A DNA stretch of 64,000 nucleotides from Squalus acanthias (lineage: Eukaryota): contig CM059432.1 in the NCBI GenBank assembly GCA_030390025.1, positions 136,464,001 through 136,528,000 of the forward strand, written 5' to 3'. Below the pieces are notes generated by a model. That model was not told where the DNA came from, made no database searches, and worked only from the letters and a program-made list of their open reading frames with translations. A program made the translations under genes and the position numbers. Positions 11,003 to 23,809 of this stretch are shown piece after piece. Position 1 is the stretch's first letter, and each line of letters starts with the position of its first letter.

Positions 11003-13597
11003 GGGCCCATAATTTGCGGTCAACACTGAAGCAAAGGCGGTCGCTACTGTCCCCAAAGTAAGCTTCCCACAAAGATCTCGCGATCTCTGTGGCGAGAAGT
11101 TCGGCTTTTCCGACGTGCAGTTGAAATCAACGCGAGTTAATGGGGAATCCCTAACGCGAGCTGCTGTGACGACAACAAGCTGTCTAAGCAGCCAATCAAA
11201 ATGCAGAATTCTCACAGACAGCAAACTAGGAAGTTCGTTTCATTCTAACTTTTTAAATATGTTAGAGAGCAAAACAAAGATTGGAGCTCTCACATGGGGA
11301 AAAGGCAAACCTGAAATAAAGAAAAACAAACTTTTTTAAAAATTTAAAGATTTTGGCCGTAAATGTAGGCCTGCTGAGAACTGGCGTGAATGCAGGAAAC
11401 TCATGTTCTCTGCACTGGGGGCGGGGAGGGGGGGTGGGGACGGAGATATGTTAATGAGTTGAGCAGGGTTTCAGCAGATGTAACTCGGGCGCGGTACTGT
11501 TCCCCAACCAGGGTGACCCACAGAAGGCAGTTGAGGCCAATTCATTAAATATATTCAAGAAGGAGATAGATATATTTCTTAAGGCTAAAGGGATCAAGGG
11601 ATATGGGGAGAAAGCAGGGACAGGGTACTGAATTTGGATGATCAGCCATGATCTCATTAAATGGCGGAGCAGGCTCAAGGGGCCGAATGGCCTACTCCTG
11701 CTCCTACCTTCTATGCTTCTATGACTATCGGGCAGGTCTGGAAAGATGTGGCTGAGAAGGTTAGTGGCAGCAGCATTACCCCCAGGACCTGATTCTACTC
11801 CAGCTCTCAGCAGATGCACTATACGCACAAGCACTATAAGCCCACTTTCCTTTTTAACGGCCACTCACTAACTCACTCTCTCTCTCTTTCTGGAGGGCAA
11901 AATACCACATTATGCCAGAGAGAGGAGCACCTTCTCCTAGTCACGTCTGCTCTTGGAATCACCCTGTGCAGACCCATATAACTCACTGTCTATACCACCC
12001 GGAGTGCTGATACATCTTCAGGAGGGTTGGCTCACCCTGTCTGCAGGACCTGAGTCATCTGAAGGACCTAGTAAAAGGGCAGAGGGATAAGGGTTGGCAT
12101 GTAATGGCAAGGAATAGCAGATGAGTGACAGTGCAGTGTAGCTCCAGGTTGTCATGTTGTGTGCGTAATGGTGGCTAAAGAGTCACTTGGAAAGAGAAAA
12201 GGAAAGGAAATGCCCAAACACCCTGATGTGCGTGGCCTCCAGCCTCGCCATCTCCAATGCTGCGTGGACTTCCTTCTGCCAACTATGTCAATGGCGGTGC
12301 CCTCCATTAGGGTCAAAGTTTACAAATTAGCCAGGACCTCCTCTTGTTCTTGAGGTCTCCCGCTCATTGTGTGCCAGCTTCTCCTGCAAGAAGACTGGGA
12401 ATGAGTAAGTGTGTGCCCTATTAAAAGTTTGATGAGTTCTTGTATTCAAGACTCAACAAACCTCTTTTGTGAGCAGAAATTAGATGGTTGTTGCATCGGA
12501 GAATGCAGCAGTCATCTGTCACCTCTGCTGCGGAGATACGAGACTCTCCGCATCCCCAACGATTGAAGCCTGCAGGAAGAAACAAAGGTAGGTAAACTTT
12601 TTCTAACACTTTGCACTTACCTCACATACTCACCTCTCCACACTTGCACCCATCACTTACCTTCACAGCGCACTTTTGCACCCCTCCGACCCCCGCAGAC
12701 CCACTGCTCGCCTCAGTGACCCTGGCGGGGTTCGCAGCCTTCGGGAAGCCCGCACTTGTGTGGGCAAAATGGGGCTAATCCTCTTATCTGCCTGTTAACT
12801 AACTGTTAACAGTCAATTAAGTGCCTGTAATCCCCTTCCCGCCTCCAAGGAGATGGAACCCGGCGCGGGTCGGCTACCCGCCTCCTGGCAAGATGGCATG
12901 GGGGTGGGTTGGGCACCTGCCCCCCAAATTCTGCCATTTTCCCAGCAGTCCTGCCTCCATACCCGCCTCCCCAGGGCTTGCAAGATCGCGCCCTATGTTG
13001 CTGTCCTTAACCTGCCCAACCACCCCTCCCCATAGCTGCTGGCTAATTTTCCAAGGCACGAGTCACCCATCTGAAAGAAAGAAAGAAGAGGATCTCTTAC
13101 CTAATTCCTCACTTGTCCCACAAAGAACTCCGTGGCAGTATCTGAAAACCTGGGGTGCCCTGGCCCTTGTCATTCAGCCTGCTGTCTCAGTAACGTGCTG
13201 TGCACTCACCGCCAATGTTCCCGTGAAGCTGCACAGCCGCACCGCGGTCTGGAGGCCCCGCGCAGGCCGCTGACCGGCTTTTGAATAGGAGATTTTGCAC
13301 ATGTGCGAAATTTTGAATGGGCCGTTAAAGGGACCGCGTCCCCCCCAAAATAAAATTAGGCGTAACATTGCTCACCACCACCGAAAACTCCACCCTCCCT
13401 TTAAGAGCCGCTGGATTTCCTGCCCTCACAAACAGCGAGCCGACTGCAAGCCGTGAGATTAGTGTCGGCAGTTCGCTTCTGGTATTTAAATGAGGCCCGT
13501 TGACAAAAATGACTGGACCTCCTGCCCATGCCATCAGTGGAGGGCGTGGATGCCCCGCCCACTGCCCACCTGATCTGTGCCACAAACTATCGGCCTC
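11003..13597. mobile_element. Nested Harbinger-type remnants: outer element ~11003-13597, inner ~11354-12993 with a Myb ORF2 exon relic
   Basis: Outer ends GGGCCCATAATTTGCGG / CACAAACTATCGGCC with CAT flanks. Minus strand ~12290-12385 reads ttgcag|EKLAHNERETSRTRGGP, matching Harbinger ORF2 exon 2. Confidence 0.5.
11520..11725 (+). mobile_element. CR1 LINE 3' end
   Basis: KGIKGYGEKAG end of ORF2, GGCCTACTCCTGCTCCTA motif and short tandem tail. Confidence 0.8.
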
Positions 13598-13674
13598 CAT
13601 GACAACACTTAAGCATAGATTAGATAGATCGTCAAAGGAGAAAAGAATCAAGGGATATGAGAGGAGCTGAGGAG

Positions 13675-13910
13675 ACATTCTTTTACACAGCAAGTTGTGA
13701 TGATCTGGAACGCGCTGCCTGAAAGGGCGGGGGAAGCAGATTCAGTCGTAACTTTCAAAAGGGAATTGGATCGATACTTGAAGAGGAGAAAATTTGCTGG
13801 GCTATGGGGAAAGAGCAAGGGATGTGGGACTAATTGGATCGCTCTTTCAAAGAGCCGGCACAGGCACGATGGGCCGAATGGCCTCCTTCTGCACTGTAAG
13901 ATTCTATGTT
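13675..13910 (+). mobile_element. CR1 LINE 3' end
   Basis: ORF 13697-13933 reads IWNALPE...FKRELDRYL, followed by a GATTCTATG tail. Confidence 0.8.
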
Positions 13911-14650
13911 TTGCGAACAGGGTGGGCACATGAGATTATGACTGCTGCTCACGTGGAGGCTAAACACCACCACGGGCTCGTTGGGCCGAATGGCCTGTTT
14001 CCATTTGGTAATTTCTATATAATTCTCAGCTCCGGTCAGACTGTGCCTTGCACACTGGGTCCAGTGCTGAGATCAGGCACAAGGTTAATCCTTCGGATCT
14101 GGGTGTGAGATATGAGGAAAGAGAATTTTGGGGCATTTCATCCTGGGAAGGAAGTAGGGGTGATCTTCGACTTCCACCCGAAACAGGCGTGAAGCCAGCA
14201 GAGTGGCCATGGCGCCCAGCTACAGCTGCCATTGTTGGGTTCGGGGCCTCGTTGAAATGCCGCTGGTGAACTGCGGGCGCCAAGTGGGCACCATGCTTCA
14301 GCGTGTTGGTTAGGGGAGGGGAGGCAATTAGCCATCTCCCAAGCTGAGTTGGTCAGCAAGTTGGGCCTTCGAAGGGGGGCGGGGGAGGTAGGTAGTCAAT
14401 CCTGGAAGTGGGGGGCGTGCGGGGGTACAGGGGTACAGGGTGGCAGCGGCCTGGAGTTATTTTTGGATGGGCCTGGAGCAACACTTCTTCTTTTCATAGA
14501 CAGTGATCAACGTGTGGAATAGACGTCCAGGTAGAACAGGGAGGCGAAATCCGTGGCATTCATTTAAGAAACAGTTGGATGCTGAAATGGCTGAGTGGTG
14601 GACTTTCAGATCTTTCTGGATGGATGAACCAGGATGGGCCTAATACCTTC

Positions 14651-14868
14651 TGACGTAAGAAAACTACTAGGCACTTGGTCTAAGCGTTAAACAAAGCTTT
14701 AATCAACTGTTTTTCAACATGGAGATCTAGTTGTGTCCTTAACTAGTTCCTGTTGAGGAATGTCCTAAGCAAGCTGGGCCCATGCCCGAGTATTTATACT
14801 CTCCCTGGACAGCGCCACCAGCAGGCCACCCAGTATTACTTCATACATGAATGACAAGATTCATGTCA
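14651..14868 (-). mobile_element. Solo LTR (218 bp) of an LTR retrotransposon, inserted in a decayed CR1 3' end
   Basis: TGAC...GTCA termini and perfect 5-bp TSD CCTTC (14646-14650, 14869-14873). TATAAA and ATTAAA on the minus strand. Second copy at 21006. Confidence 0.85.
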
Positions 14869-15837
14869 CCTTCCTCGTCCATAACTAAGTTGCGATCTTG
14901 TGACATTACCCTATTCGGTTAGCGTTCCTCTAATGTAGCTTTCAGGCAAACAAGCTTTGAGCAGCTTGCTGATGTCTCATAATGGAACCAATTGCGAAAT
15001 CGTTGCTCAGCCAATAATGCGAGCGAGTACAAAATGTGGGAACACGATGCAATATGTATTAGAACAGCAAAGGTCACGATAAAATCAATGCCAAATTCAC
15101 AGATGGGCACTGAAGAAAACAAATTAACAATATCTGTTTTGCATTCAAAATTTAGCAAGTTCAAATTTATTTCTAATTTATGATGCTATCTCCGAACAGT
15201 TTGCAGACTCCCACTACCACCTAATTAGGACTAGATTTTCTAACCATTCATAGTCAATATGTTGAAAGGTTAGGGAAATTGTTTTGCAGAATTATATGCA
15301 AAACTGCTATCATGCACAAATCAGGGATGTTCAAATGACAGATCTACAGCTTTTTAAAGTTTACTTGTTTCACTGAAATCGGCCAATGGTTGGTGGAGGC
15401 CCTAAATGAGGAGGAAAGAGAAACACACAGATGTGCTTTCCTTCTTATTTTCAAGATACTACCACTTGAGCAGTTATCTCAGAATCGCTCCTTTTCTGAT
15501 TATCTCTTCAGGCTGCAGTTATGGTGCGCTCGATGCAGGGTGAACCAGTGCGAGCTGGCCTTCTGGAGGGGGATTTCACATCGCAGGACCTCAGTGCCAT
15601 CTCCTGAGTAACCCTGACACTTTTTGCTCCACTGCACACCCAAAACCGCTTCACATCAATCAGCAAATCACAGCAAACTGCACCCTGAGAGAATGAAAGA
15701 AGATCGGAGAGCAGGTTTCCAGCAAAACAAAAGAGAGCAAGCAGAGAGGTCTGCCACAGACACTATAGGAAGAAGGCAAGGCCTGAGTGGTGAATGAAAG
15801 AAAGGGAGGCATACCCGGCCAGAACATCCTATGGTCT

Positions 15838-16220
15838 ACAACAACAACAACAACTTGCATTTATATAACACCTTTAGCGTAGTAAAATGACCAAAGGAAC
15901 TTTACAGGAACGTTATCAAACAAAATTTGACACCGAGCCACATAATATATTAGGACAGATGACCAAAAGCTTCATCAAAGAGGTAGGTTTTAAGGAGCGT
16001 CTTAAAGGAGGAGAGAGAGGCGGAGAGGTTTAGGGAGGGACTTCCACAGCTTAGGGCCCAGGCAGCTGAAGGCACGGCCGCCAATGGGTGGAGTGATTAA
16101 AATAAGGGAAGCACAAGAGGCCAGAATTAGAGGAGCACAGAGATCTCAGATGGCTGTAGGGCTGGAGGAGGTTACAGAGCTAGGGAGGGGCAAGGCCATG
16201 GAGGGATTTGAAAGCAAGGA
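15838..16220 (-). mobile_element. L2 LINE 3' end
   Basis: (CAA)n tail, CTTGCATTTATAT and FKTLLKTYLF-coding segment. Confidence 0.8.
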
Positions 16221-18114
16221 TGAGAATTTTAAAATTGAGTCTACTAAGAGAAGGAACACTTGCTCAGGAACCGTAGTTGTTTATTCCAGCAGTTGTTCAG
16301 TAGAAGGGATACAGAGATAAGTCGGGTAAATGAAGTTGATGTACAGATCACCCATGATCTGATTGAATGGTGGAGCAGGCTCGAGGGGCTGAATGGTCTC
16401 CTCCTGTTCCTAAAAGTGACGAAACAAACTTATTTGGGAAAATAATCACAAAAAAATTCAGCCACTGGAACTAACTTTATTGCAATGTTTGCTGGCTTAG
16501 AGTGAATGACCAGAGCTGAAGGCAAATGGGATTGTGCCCTCCCTCACTAAAGAAAAATATTCATACTAGCTTTGTGACTTCACTGCTGAAAGAAACTGAA
16601 TTTATAGAATAATACTTGCATTTATAAAGAGACAGTTTTTGCGTGCTTATTCCCAGGGTGCAAAGCACAGGAAAGGGGGCTGGAGGCCTGTGATGCCTGG
16701 TCTTCAGCTTATTATGTTGTTACATGGCGGGGGGGGGGGGGGCGCGGGGGGGTGGTTAGGGGGAAGTCCCTATGTCTACAATAGGCACAGGCTAAGACCA
16801 ACCATGTAGGTGAGGAGGGAAAGGGTTTCTCCCAGGCATCCTGCCCTATTTTCCTCTCTGTTCACTTAGCGGAGCACCCAGAAGGAACGGGCTCGTTCGG
16901 ACAAGGCAAGTTCGCCCACTTGTGAAGTCACCAAAATGATAGGTGGCTTCTTTTTCCTCCCAGGGCCAGCAGGGTAATCATCGGGGCTTCAACCCTTGGA
17001 TGGCAATTAGAAGGTCCCCAATGCAGGGTGCCGTTCCCACTCCAGTAGACCTTCTAGGCAGTGGTCAACGTTCCTCCTTGCCTTCAGATGCAAAACCCTG
17101 CCGCGGCCCGGACCTGAGCCAGGGCAAGAGTCTGGTCCATGTAAATTACTTGAACCCACAAATACAGCTGAATTCAGGTCGTTGCAGATGGTGAGCGACC
17201 TCAGGTGCGTCCCGATGCCCAAGCTCAGGGACGATAGGAAGATTGGACCTGGAGTTAAACAATAGGCGTTGATCATATGTTTATGGTTAGACTTCAGTAA
17301 CAATCAAAATAAATAAAAATAATTATGCAGTTGTGCTAGCTATTTGTTTTTGCAGTTATAGTAGATAATGGCGGGAAAGAGTGAACTTTGAAAGCTTTGT
17401 TTGAGCAAAAAATATTTCACATCAATACTATTAACAAGCCCTACCCAAGTTTTGCCTAAGCCCAGGATTTCATGCTCCCCATTTCTACCAAAGATCAAGA
17501 CCTCCCACTGTGCTTATAAACATCACGACTGCCCCTTGGTTATGCCCCTGACCCTGCGTCATATCCCTAGAGTCCGTAGCGCTTAAATATTTTGGTCGAT
17601 ATTGCTGTCTGATTTGTGCCTTAATGATGGCGTGTGTCGTTAACACGCCGTTATTTTTCCAGCTAGATCCGGCCCTATATGTTTGCCCAAATGTGGGCAG
17701 GTATGTTGTAACTAGATCCCCAAGATGTATTTTCCCCCAGCATTTGCACTTCAGCACCATTTGCTGCTGTTAACATTGTGCATTTCTGGCATCCGGGGCT
17801 CCTGTGGGCCAGAGGTGGATTGCCAATTGCAATCGCAGTGTAATTGATCCCACTAGGCAAGGCAGGAGATTTGAAATTGAACTAATTTCTGGCACTTCAA
17901 CCAGTGCTGGTTGGGCACATTGCAGAGCAGAAACAGTGCTCGAGGCTTCCGAATGTATTGAGAGGAGTCTTCCCCATGGGGCAAGGGTCAGAAGGCATGC
18001 GATGGGTTTACTGGGAGGACTAAGCTGGAATCTCAGGGCTCAGGTCCCTACCTCCAACCTGGTATAAATTGGACTTTAATACCTCTGTAAGACTTCTGAA
18101 TTTATTCTTCACCA

Positions 18115-18526
18115 AAGCTGGGATTGTTCTCCTAAGAGCAGAGAAGGTTAAGGGGAGATTTAATGTAGGTGTTCAAAATCATGAGGGGTTTTGATAGAGT
18201 AAATAAGGAGAAACCGTTTCTACTGGCAAGAGGGTCAGTAATCAAAGGACACAGATTCAAAGTAATTGGCAAAAGAACCAGAGGGCAGATGAGGAGAATT
18301 ATTTTACGCAGCGAGTTGTTATGATCTGGAATGCTCTGTCTGAAAGGGTGGTGGAGGCAGATTCAATAGTAACTTTCAAAAGGGAATTGGATAAATACCT
18401 GAAGGGGAGAAATTTGCAGGGCTATGGGGAAAGAGCAAGGGAGTGGGACTAATTGGATAGCACTTCCAAAGAGCCGGCACAGGCACGATGGGCTAAATGG
18501 CCTCCTTCTGTGCTGGAAGATTCTAT
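18115..18526 (+). mobile_element. CR1 LINE 3' part; tail resumes at 19420 after the MITE
   Basis: LGLFS..QRRLRGDL..VFKIM-type ORF2 end and GATTCTAT tail. Confidence 0.8.
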
Positions 18527-19419
18527 GGGGTAGAAATTAGGTCGCGCCCCATTTGGGGCGCAAATATCGTCCGGACGCAAATATTAGCGCCTGGCGCTAA
18601 TTATCGGCACTGACAGGAAACTTCACTTTTACTGCCCTGGGAGGTGAGTGGAGCGCTAAAGCAGGCGCTGCACACCTCTCTTAAGGCGCAAAGGCCGAGC
18701 AGTGAGGCGCTAACTCGGAGCGCTGGCGAAGCTCATGTAATGTCAGTCAGCAATGGAACACACACACAATGGCACGGGCCAGTTCTTAAAGGGGATGGTT
18801 AATCTTGCTTTCCATCCACATCCTGTTCATTGCTGCCTTGAATCTCGGCCTGGAGAGACTTGCACATCAAATGTGCTGGAAAGAACAATGGAAAGTACCA
18901 GGCAAAGAGCTCAGAGTGCAGCTCCCACAGTCTCTGCTAAATCGATACAAGGAATGGCAAATCAAAATGAACCTGCAAAGTGCTGCTCAGTACCCAAAAC
19001 TCCTTCACACAACGTTGAATCTCTCCAGAAGTCTCTCCCTCTCTCTCTCAGAATGCGTAGTTCAAAAATGCCACCAACAATAAAAGACAGGAAGAGGCCC
19101 CCTTTAAATAGCGCCCCCCCCAGCCCCACAGCGATTGATAGCGTTCCAGTCTTCTGGTCGTTGGAAGCGCCAGGCGGTAAGGCAGGGGGCGCCACTCAAT
19201 TTCCGCTCCGGGGCGCCACAAGGGCGTTGCACCATGGAATGACGTCACAATCTGCGCGCGCAGGTGGTCGCAGCGGTAAGTTTTAGCGCCGCCGCACAAT
19301 CTCAAGTTAAGTTCTCGAGCGGCGCAAACATCGCTGCGCCCGGGCGTTAGCGGCTTTGCGCCCCATTAGCGCCCTCTTAAGGCGCTAACGGGAGGCGCAA
19401 CCAAGTGAATTTTTACCCC
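18527..19419 (+). mobile_element. Young 893-bp non-autonomous Harbinger element
   Basis: TIRs GGGGTAGAAATT / AATTTTTACCCC with TSD TAT. Near-identical to 45896-46789. Confidence 0.92.
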
Positions 19420-20243
19420 TATGATTCTAAGCCATTTTATGTCAGCTGACTGCATTCTATCCTTGGACTACTCTCGAAGCATTGTAAAATATTATCTATT
19501 CTCACCACATGACATGAAGCGGCATGGGAAACAGCACAGCAATAATAGTGGTGGACAGCTGTGCTAAAAGAATATGTAAGCTGCAACAGTGAATCTCCAA
19601 TGGCAGACTTTCAAGGCAGAAGTTCAGAAGGGTAAACAAAACTAAAAATAGTATATGTTATATTAACAAAATAAAGCAATATTTGGAAGTGTGTTAATGG
19701 CAGCAATATCTTTTCAGGGTATAGATGATATAAATTATTCAAGCTTTTGTCTCAGTTTATTATGGCATCATCCAACTCCTCCAGTATATAACATACTGCT
19801 AGCTATTAATTATTCTATTCATGAAAACAGGACTGGCTAAAATGATATGTCAGAATTCTATGCTTGGAAAAGTCTATTACATTTCAGGATTTCTCCCAAT
19901 TTTTTATCTCTGCTCATAGCAACCAGACATAGATAAACCTATGCCCTCAATGAACTGAAACTTAGAACCTAGTCTATGGAGTGAATGGGTTAGTGTACTG
20001 TAGGATTAACAATGACCCATTTTCTGATATAATTCAATTTGAAATAATGCATGTGAGACTCATGGTGTGTCCTCAGGCAGAAACCTCCACTCTGTCAGAC
20101 CATATAGTTCAGGCTAAAACTGCAAAACAAATTTATTGCAAGAAATGGATTCACACTGAAGCAGAATCAGTACAGCATGATAATGTTTCACTTACATCAT
20201 ACTTGTTTCCTGAATTGAAAATAACAAAGTGTTCCAGAGACTT

Positions 20244-21306
20244 GGGGTTGGATTTTCCTGGGTCCCACCCACACGGTGCGGGGGGGAACCCGGGAGACGG
20301 TGGGAAACTCGGAAGTTCGGGTTTCCCGAAACGCTGTGGAGTTAACTCCATAGCATGCTTGCGACGTGAAGGGCGGGTTCCGCACCCAGAAGGCAGCCTG
20401 ATTGACAGGTTGGCTTCCAGTCGTGCGGGGAACACGGACCAAGAGGCCGCAGTACAAGGTAAGTGCTGGGCCCAGGATGGTTGGGGCGGGGGGGTGCCAA
20501 GCCGTGGGGGGGGTCCAATCCTCTGGGAGGGGGTCCAAGTCCCCGTGGGGGGTCCAATCCTCGACCCGTGGGGTGGGGGGGTGGCGTGAGATCGATCCTG
20601 GAGCGGGATCTGATTTCCTACCCCGGGGACGAGTCACAATCCTGGGGCGGGGTGGGGGGGGCGGGTATGTTCCAGGCCCGGGGAGGGGGGTCCGATCTCG
20701 GGGGGGAGTCTGATCCCCGACCACGGGGGGTGCAGGCTGCTGGTGGGGGAGCTTGGGGGGCCAGGAGGAAGCACTCCTGCTCCTCCCGGCCCACAATGAT
20801 TGCTCCCCAAGGCTGAGGCCGCCTGATTGCAGCTACCGAGAATCCCGAGCCCCGGAATCCTGACGCCTGCAGTAAAACCTACAAAGCAGCTTAAAGTGGA
20901 TGCTGCAGGCCTCATTATACTATTTACATTGCCAACCCGCCTCTTGGCCGCGGATTGGCAGCCCGCCCCCCCCGTCCCACCTGAGTGAAAGGTGAAAGTG
21001 CATGGTGACGTAAGAAAACTACTAGGCACTTGGTCTAAGCGTTAAACAAAGCTTTAATCAACTGTTTTACAACATGGAGGTCTAGTTGTCCTTCACTGGT
21101 TCCTGTTAAAGAATGTCCTGAGCAAGCTGGGCCCATGCCCAAGTATTTATACTCTCCCTGGACAGCGCCACCAGCAGGCCGCCCAGTATTATGTCATAAG
21201 TCATTTCCCATGAATGACAAGATTCATGTTGGGTTTTACATTTGCACAACTTTCACTTCCCCCCACGCCTCCAACCCATCCATTCTTACCTCTGAAAATT
21301 CCGGCC
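20244..21306. mobile_element. GC-rich non-autonomous Harbinger-type element with an inserted solo LTR
   Basis: Ends GGGGTTGGATTTTC / GAAAATTCCGGCC. G-run-rich interior. Confidence 0.6.
21006..21229 (-). mobile_element. Solo LTR, second copy
   Basis: High similarity to 14651-14868. Right terminus and TSD slightly eroded. Confidence 0.8.
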
Positions 21307-21821
21307 TCGGAATTCAGTCAGTCCAAGCTGCTGCCTTATATGTTCTGCTTCACTGCCATAATATAGAAATACAATTAAACTCAGTTAACTAAATATCCAA
21401 GGGCTGCTGGTCAGATATCCCCCTCACTTCTTTTGAAATGGAGGCCAGTTTCAGAAGCCCATGGGGGAGAAATTCATTATCGCCCAGGAGTGGGCGCTAA
21501 CTTTGGAAAAGTTGAGGTTTAGCGCCAGGCGCTAATGAATCTTGCTGCACGCAAAAATTTAGTGTCATCGCTCAAAGAAAGGACTGGAGTGCTAAATCAA
21601 GCGCTAATGGCCTAGCTCAGTGGCGTTAGACTCAAAGCGCTAACCAATATCAGGTGCAGTCTAATCACAAGTCATCATTGCCACAGGCTCTTTCCAGTTC
21701 TTCAAGGGGAGGTTCATTCATGCTGCAGAACCTCATTCTCGGCATTGCTGCCTCTGAACCTGTTTCAGCAAGCAGGAGCAGGCCAAGTCCAAGGAGCCGG
21801 ACGACTCAACCAGCTGTACTC

Positions 21822-23729
21822 ACGACAGGTCCACTCCCCAGGGAGAGAGCCCACAGATTTTCGGACCAAATATCGGAGGAGTTGGTGTCCGCTGTGGAGA
21901 GACGGAGGGCGGTGCTCTACCCGGCAAGTGGCAGGAGGCCCTCGCCGCAAGTCTTCCGCACCATGTGGAGGGAGGTTGCCCATCAGGTCTCGGGCAGCAC
22001 TGTGGTCCCCAGGACCCACACACAGTGTAGGAAGCAATTTAACGACCTCACTCGGGTGATCAGAGTGAGTGAATGCCTCAACAAATGCTACATACCACCG
22101 TCTGAACCACAGTCTGCACACACTGGCCAAAGCACCACACCCCCAGCACTCACCCACCAACAATCTCTACATACTAACACTCACACGCACATCTCACACC
22201 TTGCACACAATGACAGCTGTTCAACTATGGTAGGCACATCACCCAAACACATTGCTCCACACTCATTCACACACTTTCCTTTCTCTTGCAGGCCAAGGTG
22301 GCTCACAACAGGAGGGGCAGGAGCGCACAGGCGGGGGACAAGCCTGACACCCAACCACTGTCTGAGCTGGAGAATCGAGTGCTGCAGATTATTGGGCGCC
22401 AGGTGGCGAGCGCCGTGGCCACCAGTGACGTTGACTCCCCTTGGGGACAACAACGGTATGTTCATCCCTACTCCTTCTTCTCACATCCCACTTCCCCTTC
22501 ACCCAACAAGCGTTTCGCACTTTCCAGCTAATCATGCTGTCTCCATGCATTTCTCCCTTCCTGCCCCCCTCCTCTCACCTTAACCCGACTCTTGTGCTTT
22601 TATGCTTTCAGATAATGAACAAGCACCTGAGCAGCCTGTCCCTGAGGGCACCATTGAGAGCGAGGCAGGAGACGAGGAGGAGGAAGAACACACCGCGTCA
22701 CTGCATGTCTCACCCACAGGCACCAGCTCAGAGACTGGCACTATGCGTTCTTTAGAGGAAGTATAGTAGCGGGATCTGCACAGGGTGATGCACCGGGGAC
22801 GAGTGGGCTGCAGCAAGGCGAGGGGCAAGGGTAGCTCGGGGGCCAGCTCCCCGAGGGCGAGTTCACGTGTGAGTTCTGCTGCACTGGACTCAGATGAGGA
22901 CTGTGATGGGGAAGACTTTAGAAGAAGGGTGATGGGCATGAACACGCAGATCATAGGTGCAATGGCAAGGGTGCCTGAGAGCCTCTCGGCAATGGTAAGG
23001 AGCGTGGAGGAGTCCACCTCCAACATTGCACAAGGTTCTGCACACACCATGGAGCCCATCATTTCCAGTCTGCAAAGGATGGTCAACTCCCAGAGAGACC
23101 GTGGCGACTCAGACCTGATGCCGCGTGTGATGGGCGATCTGGCAGCTTCCATTGTAGCACAGGTGGAGGCGACGCAACGTCTTAGTGCTGTAATGCAGTC
23201 TATGCTTGGTGGCATCCAATCTCAGCCTGCTCTCATGCAGTCTCAGCTTGATGCCACGCAAGCTCTGACTGCTGCCATCGTGGCTGGGTCTACCACCGTC
23301 GACCGGGGCTTTCACGGTGTCACAGCAGGCCAGCAATCTGTGCTGCAACAGATTGCTAGGGATGCTGAGGTGCTGCCCCATGGGAGAGTGGCAGTGGGTC
23401 AGTGGAGCAGGAACCTGCTGTCCCTCTCTCAGGATGACAGCATTCCTGCTCCCACCACTGCCAGTCCTCCATTGCCCTTGTCACTGCCTGTCATCCAGCC
23501 AGCCCAGACTGCTGCTGCCCATGCTGAGGTGGTGCAGTCTACAGCCGGACCTTCAAGGGCCAGAGCTGGTCGAGGGCGTCCTGCAAGGCTATCTGAAGTC
23601 TCCCGCATGGACACTCAGCAGCCTTCCACCAGCCCTGCTGCAGCCACTGGGTCAACACTTTGTAGGAGCGCTAGAGTAGGCAAAGGCACAGTAACGACAG
23701 GCACTAAGGGATTGCACAAGGGTGAATAG
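21822..23729 (+). pseudogene. Harbinger ORF2: Myb/SANT-like (Myb_DNA-bind_5/MSANTD-type) DNA-binding protein, 3 exons, frameshifted
   Basis: Exon 1 reads PRERAHRFSDQISEELVSAVERRRAVLY...MWREVA...QCRKQFNDL with a GTGAGT donor at 22065. Acceptor ttgcag precedes exon 2 (22292-22455, AKVAHNRR...). GTATGT donor at 22456, acceptor tttcag before 22612. Exon 3 is acidic, then continues as ORF 22785-23729. Confidence 0.8.
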
Positions 23730-23809
23730 TAAATATTGTTGTTGTAAAGATGTGTTCACTGATTGTTGATAAATTTATTAATCCACTTTGGATAATTTTG
23801 TACTGTCTC

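Noticed and set aside
18805..19083. 92-aa ORF open in all three copies of the 893-bp family as a novel protein
   Set aside because: Non-ATG start, and it overlaps the inferred UTRs and deletion junction in a different frame from the Myb start. Similarity is explained by nucleotide homology. A dN/dS test across many copies could reopen the question.
19981..21029. Overlapping 100-200 aa Gly/Pro-rich ORFs
   Set aside because: By-product of a GC-rich MITE with few stop codons. No recognisable domain.
14651..21229. Two same-orientation LTRs 6.3 kb apart as one full provirus or retrotransposon
   Set aside because: The first LTR has its own TSD on both sides, the second lies inside another transposon, and no gag/pol motifs lie between them.
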